From positions 97,338 to 161,337 of the forward strand of contig CAYVGJ010000002.1 of the NCBI GenBank assembly GCA_964451165.1: a stretch of 64,000 nt of DNA. Direction: 5' to 3'. Source of the stretch: an uncultured bacterium (GTDB taxonomy: Bacteria; Auribacterota; Auribacteria; Auribacterales; Auribacteraceae). The position numbers and the translations under genes are program-made. This document shows positions 10,309 to 22,086 of this stretch, piece by piece (the first letter of the stretch is position 1; each line of letters starts with the position of its first letter). Under the pieces are notes generated by a model. It saw nothing but the letters and a program-made list of their open reading frames with translations. It was not told the DNA's origin and made no database searches.

Positions 10309-11186
10309 GTTTTAGAAAATATTATATGATCGAGATTGTTACTTCATCAGAGTGTGAAGAACCGTTAAACGCTTATTTCGAGAATATCTCTTCGGCAGGT
10401 GTATCGGTTGATCACAAAATAGATTCGCAAGATGTTTATTTTAAGGTTTATTTTGAAAATGAGCCGGATAAAAAGCGTTTATCGGAAGAAATAAACGCGC
10501 TTTTTGAGGAATATGAAAAAATTGGTATAATTACAGGTAAAAAAGAGATCTCATTCAGTGTTTTTGATGAAGAAGACTGGAAGAATTCATGGAAGAAGAA
10601 TTTCACGTCATTTAAAATAGGTGATAGGTTGGTAATAAAACCATCATGGGAAGATTGGAATGCAAAAGAGGGTGAAATAGTGATTGAATGCGATCCCGGA
10701 ATGGCATTCGGAACAGGACAGCATCCAACCACAAGATTTTGTCTTAAAATGTTGGAACAATACGCGGGAAAATATAACAATTCACTTGATATCGGTTGCG
10801 GGTCGGGTATTCTGAGCATTGCCGCGGCTAAATTGGGTGCGATGAAAAATCATGGGTTCGATAATGACCCTGTGGCTATAGACCACGCGCGTGAAATGAG
10901 CTGTAAGAATAAAACCGATATAAATACATTATTTTTTGTTGATAACCTTGATCATTATCAGTCTCATGACAAATTTGAGTTTGTGATGGCTAACCTGTTT
11001 GCCGAAGTATTGATTAAATACGCTGAGAAAATAACGTCTACCGTATCTAATAACGGATATCTTGTTATAACGGGAATCACCGTTCAAAAAATGGACGATG
11101 TCCGCAACACCTATCTCAAATACGGATTTAAAGTAATCGATTCGTTTTCCGATCCGGAATGGAGCGGATTTCTATTATCGTATTGA
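10305..11186 (+). CDS. prmA: Ribosomal protein L11 methyltransferase
   Basis: IKPSWEDW...IVIECDPGMAFGTGQHPTTRFCL, the SAM motif DIGCGSGILSIAAAKLGA, and an ATGA overlap with the upstream gene. Confidence 0.8.
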   Translation: MSFRKYYMIEIVTSSECEEPLNAYFENISSAGVSVDHKIDSQDVYFKVYFENEPDKKRLSEEINALFEEYEKIGIITGKKEISFSVFDEEDWKNSWKKNFTSFKIGDRLVIKPSWEDWNAKEGEIVIECDPGMAFGTGQHPTTRFCLKMLEQYAGKYNNSLDIGCGSGILSIAAAKLGAMKNHGFDNDPVAIDHAREMSCKNKTDINTLFFVDNLDHYQSHDKFEFVMANLFAEVLIKYAEKITSTVSNNGYLVITGITVQKMDDVRNTYLKYGFKVIDSFSDPEWSGFLLSY

Positions 11187-11194
11187 GTTATATA

Positions 11195-11641
11195 TTAAGC
11201 TTCTGAACCGGTATCTTCAACTTTCTTTCTTGGAGCTGGTGCTGTTCTTTTTTTAGCGGTATTTTGTACAGCTCCTCCTTTGGGAGCGAGTTTTATTAGA
11301 AGTTCCATTTCTCTCCCAACCTCAAAATAAGTTTGAAAAAATTCGCCTTTTTTAATTCTTTCTACAATTTCCTCTTCGCTTAAAATTTGAATCTGACCTT
11401 CACGCATACATACAAATTGTTTCATTTGCGGTATCCTCCCTTTTTCTTTTTTAGGTAATAAATATATATGATAGTCTTTATCTGGATATTTCTGCATATA
11501 CTGATATAAAATCCAGCGGATTTCCCTGTCTTTTTTCTCACAGAGTTCCTGGAATTCACGGCAATATAATTCACGTGGGCATATTAGCTTACAGACGAGA
11601 ATATCTTTATGGTGATTATTAAATTTGCAATAAATATTCAT
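11195..11641 (-). CDS. Hypothetical protein with a Cys-rich N-terminus (C5, C17, C21, C27, C34) and a Lys-rich tail
   Basis: The ORF and its coding-like composition are the only evidence. No family was recognised. Confidence 0.35.
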   Translation of the reverse strand: MNIYCKFNNHHKDILVCKLICPRELYCREFQELCEKKDREIRWILYQYMQKYPDKDYHIYLLPKKEKGRIPQMKQFVCMREGQIQILSEEEIVERIKKGEFFQTYFEVGREMELLIKLAPKGGAVQNTAKKRTAPAPRKKVEDTGSEA

Positions 11642-11826
11642 GATTTTGCTTATTTTGTGTTATTTTATTTATGTCCAAGTAAATACACTAAAACTCAAGC
11701 TTAGTCAAGTAATGATCGAATTTAATTTGTCAAATTAAATTTAAAATATGATATTATTTACCGAAATTTTTACAAAAACAATATTTTGTTATTATAATAT
11801 TTTTAAGGATTAAGAGAATCTTATTT

Positions 11827-13359
11827 ATGAATATACGGCTGAACAAATACAATATTATAGCATTTTTTGTTTTTTTTATCTCAATTCCGATATTTTGCAT
11901 ACTTCTCGTTAAATATTGGAATTTAACTTTTGATGATTCATTTATTACTTTCAGGTATTCGAAAATGATGGCTCTCGGTTTTGGGCCTAGATTCAATCCA
12001 TCCGGTATTCCTGAAGAAGGATACACTTCATTCCTGTGGATGCTGATTATGGTTGTCCCGCATTTGATTGGTGGCGACGCGATAGTGTTTTCCAAAATTG
12101 TCGGAATACTATTTTTTATATTATCAATGTGTTTCGTTTTTTTACTTATAAAAACGCTAATACCATTTATTCAGGATGATTTGAAAAATCTTTTCGCAAG
12201 TCTGGGAATATTATTGATAATATTATTCCGCGGTAATGTGTTTCATATTGTAACAGGTATGGAAACCTCATTATTCGCTTTTTTATTGGTTTTATTCGCT
12301 TATATCAATATACGTTTTTTAAGAGAAAAAAAACGGAATCTGTCTGTTATCCTATTTATAACAGGATTTTTAATAGGAATTACAAGACCTGAAGGAAACT
12401 TGTATGTTCTTGTTGCATCACTGTCTACTTTCTTCTTTTTGAACAGGCAAGAAAAAATATTCTACATAAAAAATTTCATTTTATTTTATGTATTGCCCGG
12501 TTTAGGGTATTTCTCATGGCGCTGGTGGTATTATGGTAATTTTTTACCGCTTCCTTTTTATATAAAGATAGCAGGGAGGCGAAGTTATTTTGCTGGCTTG
12601 AAAGAAGTCCTGGGATTCCTGAATTATTTTTCGTTTACATTAGTGTTTCTTCTTTTGGGTACTGTAATGAGTTGGAAGAAAACAATACCGGTTTTTATAG
12701 CAATCAGTTCGATGATTTTTTTCTTTATATATCCACGACATATTATGGGATTGGAATGGAGGTTTTTAAATCCTGTTTGTGCGCTTATGATAGTTTTTAT
12801 AATGATAGGTTTAGGCTATATTTATGAGAAAATGTCTGCTTATATCGTATCTAAAAATGTAAGATTGATTCTGATTGTTCTCGTAATTGCTGTTACATGT
12901 TATAGATTTTTGCTACCTTTGCCTATAAGTCTAAAATATGCAAGAGGGTATTCAAGAGGGCTTAAAATGGCTCATATTAAGCTTGGGAAAGTTTTAAACA
13001 AATTGTCTGATAAAAATTTCTCAAAGGTTGTAGCAGTCGGCGATGCCGGTGCGGTTCCTTATTTCTCAATGTGGAAAACAATAGATACTTACGGTCTGAA
13101 TGATGTTTATATCGCAATGACAGGAAACCATAATCCGGATTATATTTTTAGAAAAAAACCGGATATTGTGGTTCTAATTTCTTTTTCTTCGACAGATTTT
13201 ATTCCGCATTTAAAATGGGAACTGGATATTTATACCGAAAGTATTCGCAGGGGATATAGTAAAGTAAAACTGCTCGTTTTCAGTGAACGGAATTATTTCT
13301 TATGGGTAATGGCTGACCCAAACACGGAAATAGGCAGAAAATTATTACAATGGTATTAG
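11827..13359 (+). CDS. Polytopic membrane protein, putative GT-C-fold glycosyltransferase
   Basis: About 12 predicted TM helices. The first extracytoplasmic loop carries DDSFITFRYSKMMALGFG...GIPEEGYTSFLWML, which is reminiscent of the DD-x-Y/F-x-FRYA loop of GT-C arabinosyl/mannosyl-transferase-like proteins. Confidence 0.4.
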   Translation: MNIRLNKYNIIAFFVFFISIPIFCILLVKYWNLTFDDSFITFRYSKMMALGFGPRFNPSGIPEEGYTSFLWMLIMVVPHLIGGDAIVFSKIVGILFFILSMCFVFLLIKTLIPFIQDDLKNLFASLGILLIILFRGNVFHIVTGMETSLFAFLLVLFAYINIRFLREKKRNLSVILFITGFLIGITRPEGNLYVLVASLSTFFFLNRQEKIFYIKNFILFYVLPGLGYFSWRWWYYGNFLPLPFYIKIAGRRSYFAGLKEVLGFLNYFSFTLVFLLLGTVMSWKKTIPVFIAISSMIFFFIYPRHIMGLEWRFLNPVCALMIVFIMIGLGYIYEKMSAYIVSKNVRLILIVLVIAVTCYRFLLPLPISLKYARGYSRGLKMAHIKLGKVLNKLSDKNFSKVVAVGDAGAVPYFSMWKTIDTYGLNDVYIAMTGNHNPDYIFRKKPDIVVLISFSSTDFIPHLKWELDIYTESIRRGYSKVKLLVFSERNYFLWVMADPNTEIGRKLLQWY

Positions 13360-13360
13360 A

Positions 13361-15061
13361 TCACATTGTTTGCGGCGCGAATATTCCGAGAATCCGTAAC
13401 CCTTCCTGAAGAACAATTTTTACCGCAGTTACAAGAGCAAGTTTTGATTTAGTTTCTTGTTCATCGTTTGTTACGATTCTGAACCGTGGATTTTCTTTTC
13501 CAAGATTATAATAATTATGAAATACCGAAGACAATTCGTACAAATAATAGGGAAGATGATGAATGTCAAGCGTTCGTGAACAAACTTCCATTATCTGCGG
13601 GAATTGACCGATCTTTTTAATAAGAGTAAGTTCTTCGGCAGAAGTTAATAAACTAAAATCAGCGGATAATAAATCAAGATCATTGATGTTTCCTCCGCGT
13701 TCCTCATATTTACGGTAAATACTGTAAATCCTTGCATGGGCATATTGAACATAGAAACATGGATTGTCGGGAGTCTGTTTCTTCGCAAGATCGAGATCAA
13801 AATCAAGTTGGCTATCGGAAGTTCGCATGGTGAAGAAAAACCTTGCGGCATCTTTTCCGACTTCGTCAATCACATCCTCCATCATGATGAATCTTCCGGC
13901 GCGTTTAGACATTTTTACAGGTTTGCCTTCTTTAATCAGGTTAACCTGCTGAACAATAAGCACAGTGAAACTATCATCGGCAAAACCAAATGCCTGCATC
14001 GCTCCTTTTAACCTTGCTATATAACCATGATGGTCAGGGCCCCAAATATCAATTAATTGATTAAAATTACGCTGGTATTTATGATAATGATAAGCTATAT
14101 CAGCCATAAAATAAGTGGGAACACCATTTTCCCTTATGATAACTCTGTCGTTATCGTCTCCGAAAGCAGTTGATTGGAACCACCATTTTTCATCCTGTTT
14201 ATATAAAAATCCTTTTTCACGAAGAATATTGAAACATTCATTCAGCAGGTTTTTATCGTGAACAGTCTTTTCGGAAAACCATTGGTCAAAAATTACGCCG
14301 TATTTCTCAAGATCCGCTTTCTGCAGGGAAACATTGCGGTTCATTGCGTATTCAGCAAAAAAGAATATATCTTCGCTATTAATAAGAGAATCGCTGTATT
14401 TATCGGATATTTCTTTGGCAATATCGATAATGTATTCGCCCTGATAACCTTCTTCAGGTATCTGGGCAGGTTTGCCGAATAATTCAACATAGCGCGCCTT
14501 TACGGATAAACCGAGAAGATTAACCTGATTGCCGACATCGTTTATATAAAATTCTCTGTGTACTTTAGCTCCGGATTTAATAAGTATATTCGCCAGAATA
14601 TCACCGATAGCGGCGGCTCTTGCGCTTACCGCGTTGAGCGGGCCTGTAGGATTTGCGCTTACAAACTCAAGGATGATGTTATCGCTACACCTGATAGAAG
14701 AGTTGCCGTAGTTTTGAGTACTCTCAATTATTGAACGCAAAATATTTAGAACCGCATCATCGGATAAGAAAAAATTTATAAATCCGGGACCGGCTATTTC
14801 AATTTTTTTTGTCAGTTGTTTTATCACTTCGTCGGATTCGAATTTTGCGATAAGGCTGTTTGCTATATCGCGAGGAGATTTCCTGAATAATTTGGATAAG
14901 CGTAATCCGGCAGTAGATGAGAAATCACCGTGATTCTTGTCTTTTGGCATTTCAAGAACAGGAAGAAGCGCGGAATCATCAATCGATACTTCATATGATT
15001 TAGCGAGTTCCATAATATCAGCCTTAATTGCGCAAGAAAGTTTTTCTATAATATTTATCAT
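13361..15061 (-). CDS. argS: Arginine--tRNA ligase. The start is placed at the ATG at 15061 (MINIIEKLS...), which overlaps the rsfS stop in an ATGA.
   Basis: The class I region SANPTGPLNAVSARAAAIGD, the anticodon-binding DALR-type C-terminus ending ...APQTM, and the length are typical of ArgS. Confidence 0.85.
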   Translation of the reverse strand: MINIIEKLSCAIKADIMELAKSYEVSIDDSALLPVLEMPKDKNHGDFSSTAGLRLSKLFRKSPRDIANSLIAKFESDEVIKQLTKKIEIAGPGFINFFLSDDAVLNILRSIIESTQNYGNSSIRCSDNIILEFVSANPTGPLNAVSARAAAIGDILANILIKSGAKVHREFYINDVGNQVNLLGLSVKARYVELFGKPAQIPEEGYQGEYIIDIAKEISDKYSDSLINSEDIFFFAEYAMNRNVSLQKADLEKYGVIFDQWFSEKTVHDKNLLNECFNILREKGFLYKQDEKWWFQSTAFGDDNDRVIIRENGVPTYFMADIAYHYHKYQRNFNQLIDIWGPDHHGYIARLKGAMQAFGFADDSFTVLIVQQVNLIKEGKPVKMSKRAGRFIMMEDVIDEVGKDAARFFFTMRTSDSQLDFDLDLAKKQTPDNPCFYVQYAHARIYSIYRKYEERGGNINDLDLLSADFSLLTSAEELTLIKKIGQFPQIMEVCSRTLDIHHLPYYLYELSSVFHNYYNLGKENPRFRIVTNDEQETKSKLALVTAVKIVLQEGLRILGIFAPQTM

Positions 15062-15396
15062 ATGGCAACCTCTTTCGCGTCGCCCCACAAATTTTCGAGC
15101 TTATAATAATCTCTAGTTTTGTAATAAAAAATATGAATTATTACCGAACCGTAATCAAGAATACACCATTGATATAGTGGATCAACCTCTCTACGGTAAG
15201 TACGGGCACCGGATTCTTTAAGTTTTAGCTCAATTTCATTAACTAACGCTTTTACGTGGCGGTCGGAGTTGCCACTGCAAATAACAAAAAAATCCGCAAT
15301 GGACGATATCTCGCTTATATCCAATATTTTCGGTTCGATAGATTTTTTATCGATAGAAATTTCCGTGGCTTTTCTTGCAAGTTCTAAAGGTTCTAT
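15058..15396 (-). CDS. rsfS: Ribosomal silencing factor RsfS (Iojap). Probably a non-canonical ATA start at 15394-15396, 7 nt after AGGAGGG. The track starts at an internal TTG (15324).
   Basis: The track ORF is SIADFFVICSGNSDRHVKAL.... The in-frame upstream extension encodes LELARKATEISIDKKSIEPKIL, the conserved RsfS N-terminus, after an in-frame TAG, and no ATG/GTG/TTG is available. Confidence 0.6.
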   Translation of the reverse strand: MEPLELARKATEISIDKKSIEPKILDISEISSIADFFVICSGNSDRHVKALVNEIELKLKESGARTYRREVDPLYQWCILDYGSVIIHIFYYKTRDYYKLENLWGDAKEVAI

Positions 15397-15417
15397 GATT
15401 AAGCCCTCCTATAAAAG

Positions 15418-16032
15418 TTAATCAATGTAAAGATTGTTTTCAATTATGAATTCGTTTACTTTTTCAGGCACAAGATATTTTATCGATTCGTTATTTTTTC
15501 TTTTTGCCCTGATAACAGAAGCCGAGACATCAATAAAAGGTGTGTCTACAATATTACTCTTAATCTTTTCTATTATATTTTTCTCAAATGGTAAAGATTC
15601 AATAATTTCAGGTTTAAGATCGAATCCGGTTCTTTTGGCAACAAGTATCGAGAAATCCCGCAATAATATATTTGAATCTTTCCACATATGAATTTCGAGC
15701 AAACTATCCGCTCCAATTATAAAAAATAAATCGGCATCTTTATATTTTTGTACATAATGGGTCATTGTGTCAATAGTATATGAATAACCAGGGCGTTTTA
15801 GCTCGATGTTATCTATCCCGAAATAATCAGTTCCTGATATCGCCAGTTCAACCATTTTATAGCGCAAATCCGCATTTAGCAATTCCTCATTTTTTTTATG
15901 CGGAGGATTGGAATTAGGTACAAATATGAGTTTATCAAGTTTTTTTCTTATAACAATCTCTTGAGCTGGAATTAAATGCCCCATATGAATAGGATTAAAT
16001 GTGCCTCCGAAAATCCCGATCCGTTTGGTCAT
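15418..16032 (-). CDS. nadD: Nicotinate-nucleotide adenylyltransferase
   Basis: The N-terminus IGIFGGTFNPIHMGHL has the (H/T)xGH nucleotidyltransferase motif; length 204 aa. Confidence 0.85.
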   Translation of the reverse strand: MTKRIGIFGGTFNPIHMGHLIPAQEIVIRKKLDKLIFVPNSNPPHKKNEELLNADLRYKMVELAISGTDYFGIDNIELKRPGYSYTIDTMTHYVQKYKDADLFFIIGADSLLEIHMWKDSNILLRDFSILVAKRTGFDLKPEIIESLPFEKNIIEKIKSNIVDTPFIDVSASVIRAKRKNNESIKYLVPEKVNEFIIENNLYID

Positions 16033-16034
16033 GA

Positions 16035-17294
16035 TTATTCTCTTATCTGTCCGCTTCCGGTTACGATATATTTATAGCTTGTCAGTTCATCAAGCCCCAT
16101 TGGGCCCCGGGCATGCAGTTTATCTGTGCTGATGCCTATTTCGGCTCCCATTCCGAATTCGCCGCCATCGGTAAATCTTGTTGAAACATTATGATAAACC
16201 ACAGCCGAATCGACTGAATTTAAAAACAAATTAGCTGTCTGGCAATTTGTTGTCAATATTCCATCAGAATGATGTGACCCGTATTTCTCGATATGATCTA
16301 TCGCTTCTTCAATATTATTTACAACTTTTATTGCCAGAATTAGATCAAGATATTCCTCATACCAATCGTTTTCCGATGCGGGCATTGATTTCGGGCATAG
16401 TTTACGCGTTAGTTCATCTCCGCGTATTTCAACTTTGTTTTTTTCAAGCTCAGAACATACTTTCGGTATGAATTCTTCAGCTATATCTTTATGAATGAGA
16501 AGTTTTTCAATTGCGTTGCAGACACCTGGACGCTGGACTTTAGCGTTTATAATTATTTTTATTGCCATATCCTGATCAAGTTCTTTATCTGCATATAAAT
16601 GACAAACGCCTTTATAATGTTTTATTACAGGTATTGTCGCGTTTTCAGTTACGAATTTTATTAGACCCTCTCCGCCACGTGGTATGATTAGGTCAATATA
16701 TTCATTAAGTTTAAGAAGTTCCGCTACTGCAGACCTCTCTTTTGTGGATATAAGCTGAATCGCGTCTTCAGGCAATCCCACAGATTTAAGCGCATCTTTC
16801 AAAATTTCAGTGAGTACAATATTTGAGTTTACCGATTCTTTTCCACCTCTGAGAATTGTAACGTTACCTGATTTAAGGCATAATGACGCCGAATCGACGG
16901 TTACATTAGGGCGTGATTCGTAAATAATTCCTATAACACCGATTGGAACGCTGACTTTGTTGATATTCATTCCGTTGGGACGTTTCCACTCCGCCAATTT
17001 TCTGCCAACAGGGTCTGGAAGCGTGACAAGGTTGTGTAGCGCTTCAATCATCGAATCTATCCGTTTATCGGTTAGCTCCAGTCGATCAAGCATAGCGCTT
17101 GAAAGGCCGGCTGTTTTGCCTTCTTCTATATCGATTCTGTTTTTTTCTTTAATTTCAGTTCTTCGCAGATCCAGAAGCTCAGCCATTTTTTTAAGCGCCG
17201 AATTTTTTAATTCCGATTCCGCACGATTTAATTTAAATGCCGCTTCACGTGCTTTTTTCGCAATGTTTAGCACGTACTCTTTTATATCATTCAT
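16035..17294 (-). CDS. proA: Glutamate-5-semialdehyde dehydrogenase (gamma-glutamyl phosphate reductase)
   Basis: ALDH-fold protein with the ProA-specific length (419 aa). It is adjacent to proB, and the catalytic Cys region NAIEKLLIH is conserved. Confidence 0.88.
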   Translation of the reverse strand: MNDIKEYVLNIAKKAREAAFKLNRAESELKNSALKKMAELLDLRRTEIKEKNRIDIEEGKTAGLSSAMLDRLELTDKRIDSMIEALHNLVTLPDPVGRKLAEWKRPNGMNINKVSVPIGVIGIIYESRPNVTVDSASLCLKSGNVTILRGGKESVNSNIVLTEILKDALKSVGLPEDAIQLISTKERSAVAELLKLNEYIDLIIPRGGEGLIKFVTENATIPVIKHYKGVCHLYADKELDQDMAIKIIINAKVQRPGVCNAIEKLLIHKDIAEEFIPKVCSELEKNKVEIRGDELTRKLCPKSMPASENDWYEEYLDLILAIKVVNNIEEAIDHIEKYGSHHSDGILTTNCQTANLFLNSVDSAVVYHNVSTRFTDGGEFGMGAEIGISTDKLHARGPMGLDELTSYKYIVTGSGQIRE

Positions 17295-17317
17295 TATAAT
17301 ATCCTCCGTGATTGAGA

Positions 17318-19479
<2,162 letters not shown>

Positions 19480-19725
19480 TTATTGAATAGGATTTACACT
19501 GATTTTACGGTTACTGCTGAACTGAACAATACCGTCAATTAATGCAAAAAGGGTATCATCTTTAGCGCGTTTCACATTATTGCCCGGGAAAAACTTTGTT
19601 CCTCTCTGGCGAACAAGAATACTTCCCGCGCTGACAACCTGCCCTTCATATCTCTTAACTCCAAGACGTTGCGACTGGCTATCCCTGCCGTTTCTCGAAC
19701 TACCCATACCTTTTTTATGCGCCAT
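19480..19725 (-). CDS. rpmA: 50S ribosomal protein L27
   Basis: [51 protein letters not shown] is canonical L27. Confidence 0.9.
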   Translation of the reverse strand: MAHKKGMGSSRNGRDSQSQRLGVKRYEGQVVSAGSILVRQRGTKFFPGNNVKRAKDDTLFALIDGIVQFSSNRKISVNPIQ

Positions 19726-19757
19726 TATTGATCCTCCTAAAAAATATATATAATTTA

Positions 19758-20129
19758 TTATAAAGTATCTATATCCGATGTTTCAGCTTTTGGTGTTTCA
19801 ACAATTGTTTTCTTAGATGAAGTATTTATCTTTGTTATCCTAATTTTAGAGTACTGTTGCCTGTGTCCGGTTTTCTTCATGGAACTTTTTCTGCGTTTCA
19901 TTTTAAATACAACAACTTTTTTCCCTTTTTCGGTGCAAATAAGTTCACCTTCCACTGTAGCGCCTTTTACTGTGGGTTGGCCAATCAAAACTTTATCGTC
20001 ACTGTTTATCAGAAGCACATTATCGAAAACGACATTTTTATCAGTCGGCTCATCCATTAGATCAATAAGAACAATCTGGCCTTCAGAAACTTTATATTGT
20101 TTGCCTTTTGCTTCAATCACTGCGAACAT
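19758..20129 (-). CDS. rplU: 50S ribosomal protein L21. The start is placed at [14 protein letters not shown]. It has a C-terminal ~25 aa Lys-rich extension.
   Basis: [25 protein letters not shown]... is the canonical L21 N-terminus, and it sits upstream of rpmA as usual. Confidence 0.8.
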   Translation of the reverse strand: MFAVIEAKGKQYKVSEGQIVLIDLMDEPTDKNVVFDNVLLINSDDKVLIGQPTVKGATVEGELICTEKGKKVVVFKMKRRKSSMKKTGHRQQYSKIRITKINTSSKKTIVETPKAETSDIDTL

Positions 20130-20245
20130 AATATTGAAATCCTCCACTATTTTATATATAAAATTAATTTAAATTTCAAAAAGAGTAAATTATATATTTA
20201 TTATAATAAAAGTCAATAAGAAATTATTCTCAAGTGTATTATATT

Positions 20246-21622
20246 TTAATTCAGCTGGTTTGCGGCTAAATTCAGAAGTTTTTTATAATCATTGTGTTCG
20301 CAATAGATTATCACGCAATCATTTTTGTTAAGAGATAATGATAATTGGAAATCGGCATCAACCTTTAAGGATATTTGATTATTTTTATCAAATTCATTAA
20401 TATCGGATCCTTTTATTTTATATTTTATCAATGCCCATTTCAAAAAAGTTTTTGCGAACTCAACAGCATCTTCTCTGGTATCCCATCGTGATATTGAGAT
20501 GTAACCTCGTTTTTCGGGTTTGCCTTTATTCTCGAAAACAATTACAGAATCTCCGTCCCAGCCTTCGGCGGCTTTAACGGCTTCTTCTTTGGGAAGCAAA
20601 AGTTTCAACAAGATTCTGATATTCAGTTCACCCATCACATTCTTGTATATAGGTTTCAGGTTTAAGTCTGAGAATATGTTGTCATTGTCCTGTATTTGCG
20701 GGTAATCCGGTTCATCACGGTTTACAGCGTATTTTTCAAAATGAATTATCTGTTCGGTTGATACCGGCGGATCAAGAAAAACCTGGTTCATTTTTATTTT
20801 TGATTCCGGATCATATAGTTTCGATACAAAATACAAACCTTCGATATATGGAAACAGCATTGATTCCCTGATATATGGAGGAGCTTTATCTAACTCTGCT
20901 TGTTGCATTGCGAAAAACAGGCCGGACAAAATATCGAGCAATATTTCATGGTTTACGTGGTTTAAATAATATTTATCCATGCAAAATGTAGCGTCGCCTT
21001 CTATTAATGCGGTGACTGCCTGTACATGATCATCGTTTTCCAGATTTTCCATACCCATTTTTGAAAGGTTAAAATGTTGATCCTGAATCGCATGAACTAT
21101 TTCATGCGCCAGAAACAAATCTTTTATATTTTTGGTAAAGAATGAACCCGATACAGTAAACAATTCTTTCTCTTTGTAATCGTAAAAGGCGGCAACCTGT
21201 TCACGGTAAACATTAATCAGGATATTTCTAAGGTTGACATCTTTTTCAAGAAAACCGATAGTTTTTAATGCATTTTCCATGTTATGGAATTTATCTTCAG
21301 GGTAAAACTCATTCATTTTTTTTATAATTGTTTCTTTTAACGCGTTCTTATCAATTATGTTGTAATTGATAGGCTTTATTGGGGATAAACCTCTTATCAT
21401 GCTTACATCGGTTTCTATTTTTGAGTATCTCGCAAGCAGTTTTAATTTGCGGTTTTCTTTTTTATAGGAATCTATACTTTTTCTTAATACTTTTTTATCG
21501 CCTTCCGTTTTCGACAGACTTTGCTTTAATCCTTTATTCTCAAAATAAAAGAAAGAACATAAAAAAATTGAAACTCCATATAAGATAAAGTGAACCATAA
21601 ATGTTTTTTTTAGTATTCTCAT
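20246..21622 (-). CDS. Putative membrane-anchored zinc metallopeptidase (gluzincin/peptidase-MA-like)
   Basis: An N-terminal TM helix. HExxH (LAHEIVHAIQDQHF) followed about 25 aa later by ALIEGDATF, a plausible third Glu ligand. No closer family was recognised. Confidence 0.4.
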   Translation of the reverse strand: MRILKKTFMVHFILYGVSIFLCSFFYFENKGLKQSLSKTEGDKKVLRKSIDSYKKENRKLKLLARYSKIETDVSMIRGLSPIKPINYNIIDKNALKETIIKKMNEFYPEDKFHNMENALKTIGFLEKDVNLRNILINVYREQVAAFYDYKEKELFTVSGSFFTKNIKDLFLAHEIVHAIQDQHFNLSKMGMENLENDDHVQAVTALIEGDATFCMDKYYLNHVNHEILLDILSGLFFAMQQAELDKAPPYIRESMLFPYIEGLYFVSKLYDPESKIKMNQVFLDPPVSTEQIIHFEKYAVNRDEPDYPQIQDNDNIFSDLNLKPIYKNVMGELNIRILLKLLLPKEEAVKAAEGWDGDSVIVFENKGKPEKRGYISISRWDTREDAVEFAKTFLKWALIKYKIKGSDINEFDKNNQISLKVDADFQLSLSLNKNDCVIIYCEHNDYKKLLNLAANQLN

Positions 21623-21647
21623 GTGAAACCGGATGATAAAAATTGAT

Positions 21648-21672
21648 TTAACCGATATTCTATATCGGTTAA
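21648..21672 (-). terminator. Candidate intrinsic terminator hairpin downstream of the HIT gene: an 11-bp perfect inverted repeat, TTAACCGATAT-tct-ATATCGGTTAA
   Basis: A perfect 11/11 stem with a 3-nt loop. On the minus-strand RNA a TTTTT run follows after about 6 nt. The stem is AT-rich, so this is weak. Confidence 0.3.
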
Positions 21673-21733
21673 AACTATAATTGTTTATATGATTTATTAA
21701 CAGATTAATAAAAAAATATTAAGTTTAAATAAA

Positions 21734-22075
21734 TCAACCTGGAGGCCATTTGAGAGATCTTGCGCCCAACAGGTGAAAATGAATATGAAACACGGCTTGC
21801 CCTGCGTCAGGACCGCAATTTATAACAACTCTATAACCCGTTTCATTGATTGATTTTTCTTCAGCGAGTTTCGCCGCAACTCGAAGTATATATCCCATCA
21901 ACGAATCGTGTTCTTTATCGAGATCGCTTATAGAGCAGATATGTTCTTTTGGAATTATCAGAATATGAACGGGAGCCTGAGGATGAATATCCTCGAACGC
22001 AAAAACTTTTTCATCTTCATATACTTTCTTCGATGGAATTTCGCCTTTTATAATCTTGCAGAATATACATTCCAT
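21734..22075 (-). CDS. HIT-family (histidine triad) nucleotide hydrolase, HinT-like
   Basis: The N-terminus CIFCKIIKGEIPS and the C-terminal histidine triad HIHFHLLG are present. Confidence 0.8.
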   Translation of the reverse strand: MECIFCKIIKGEIPSKKVYEDEKVFAFEDIHPQAPVHILIIPKEHICSISDLDKEHDSLMGYILRVAAKLAEEKSINETGYRVVINCGPDAGQAVFHIHFHLLGARSLKWPPG

Positions 22076-22086
22076 TTGAAATCTCC

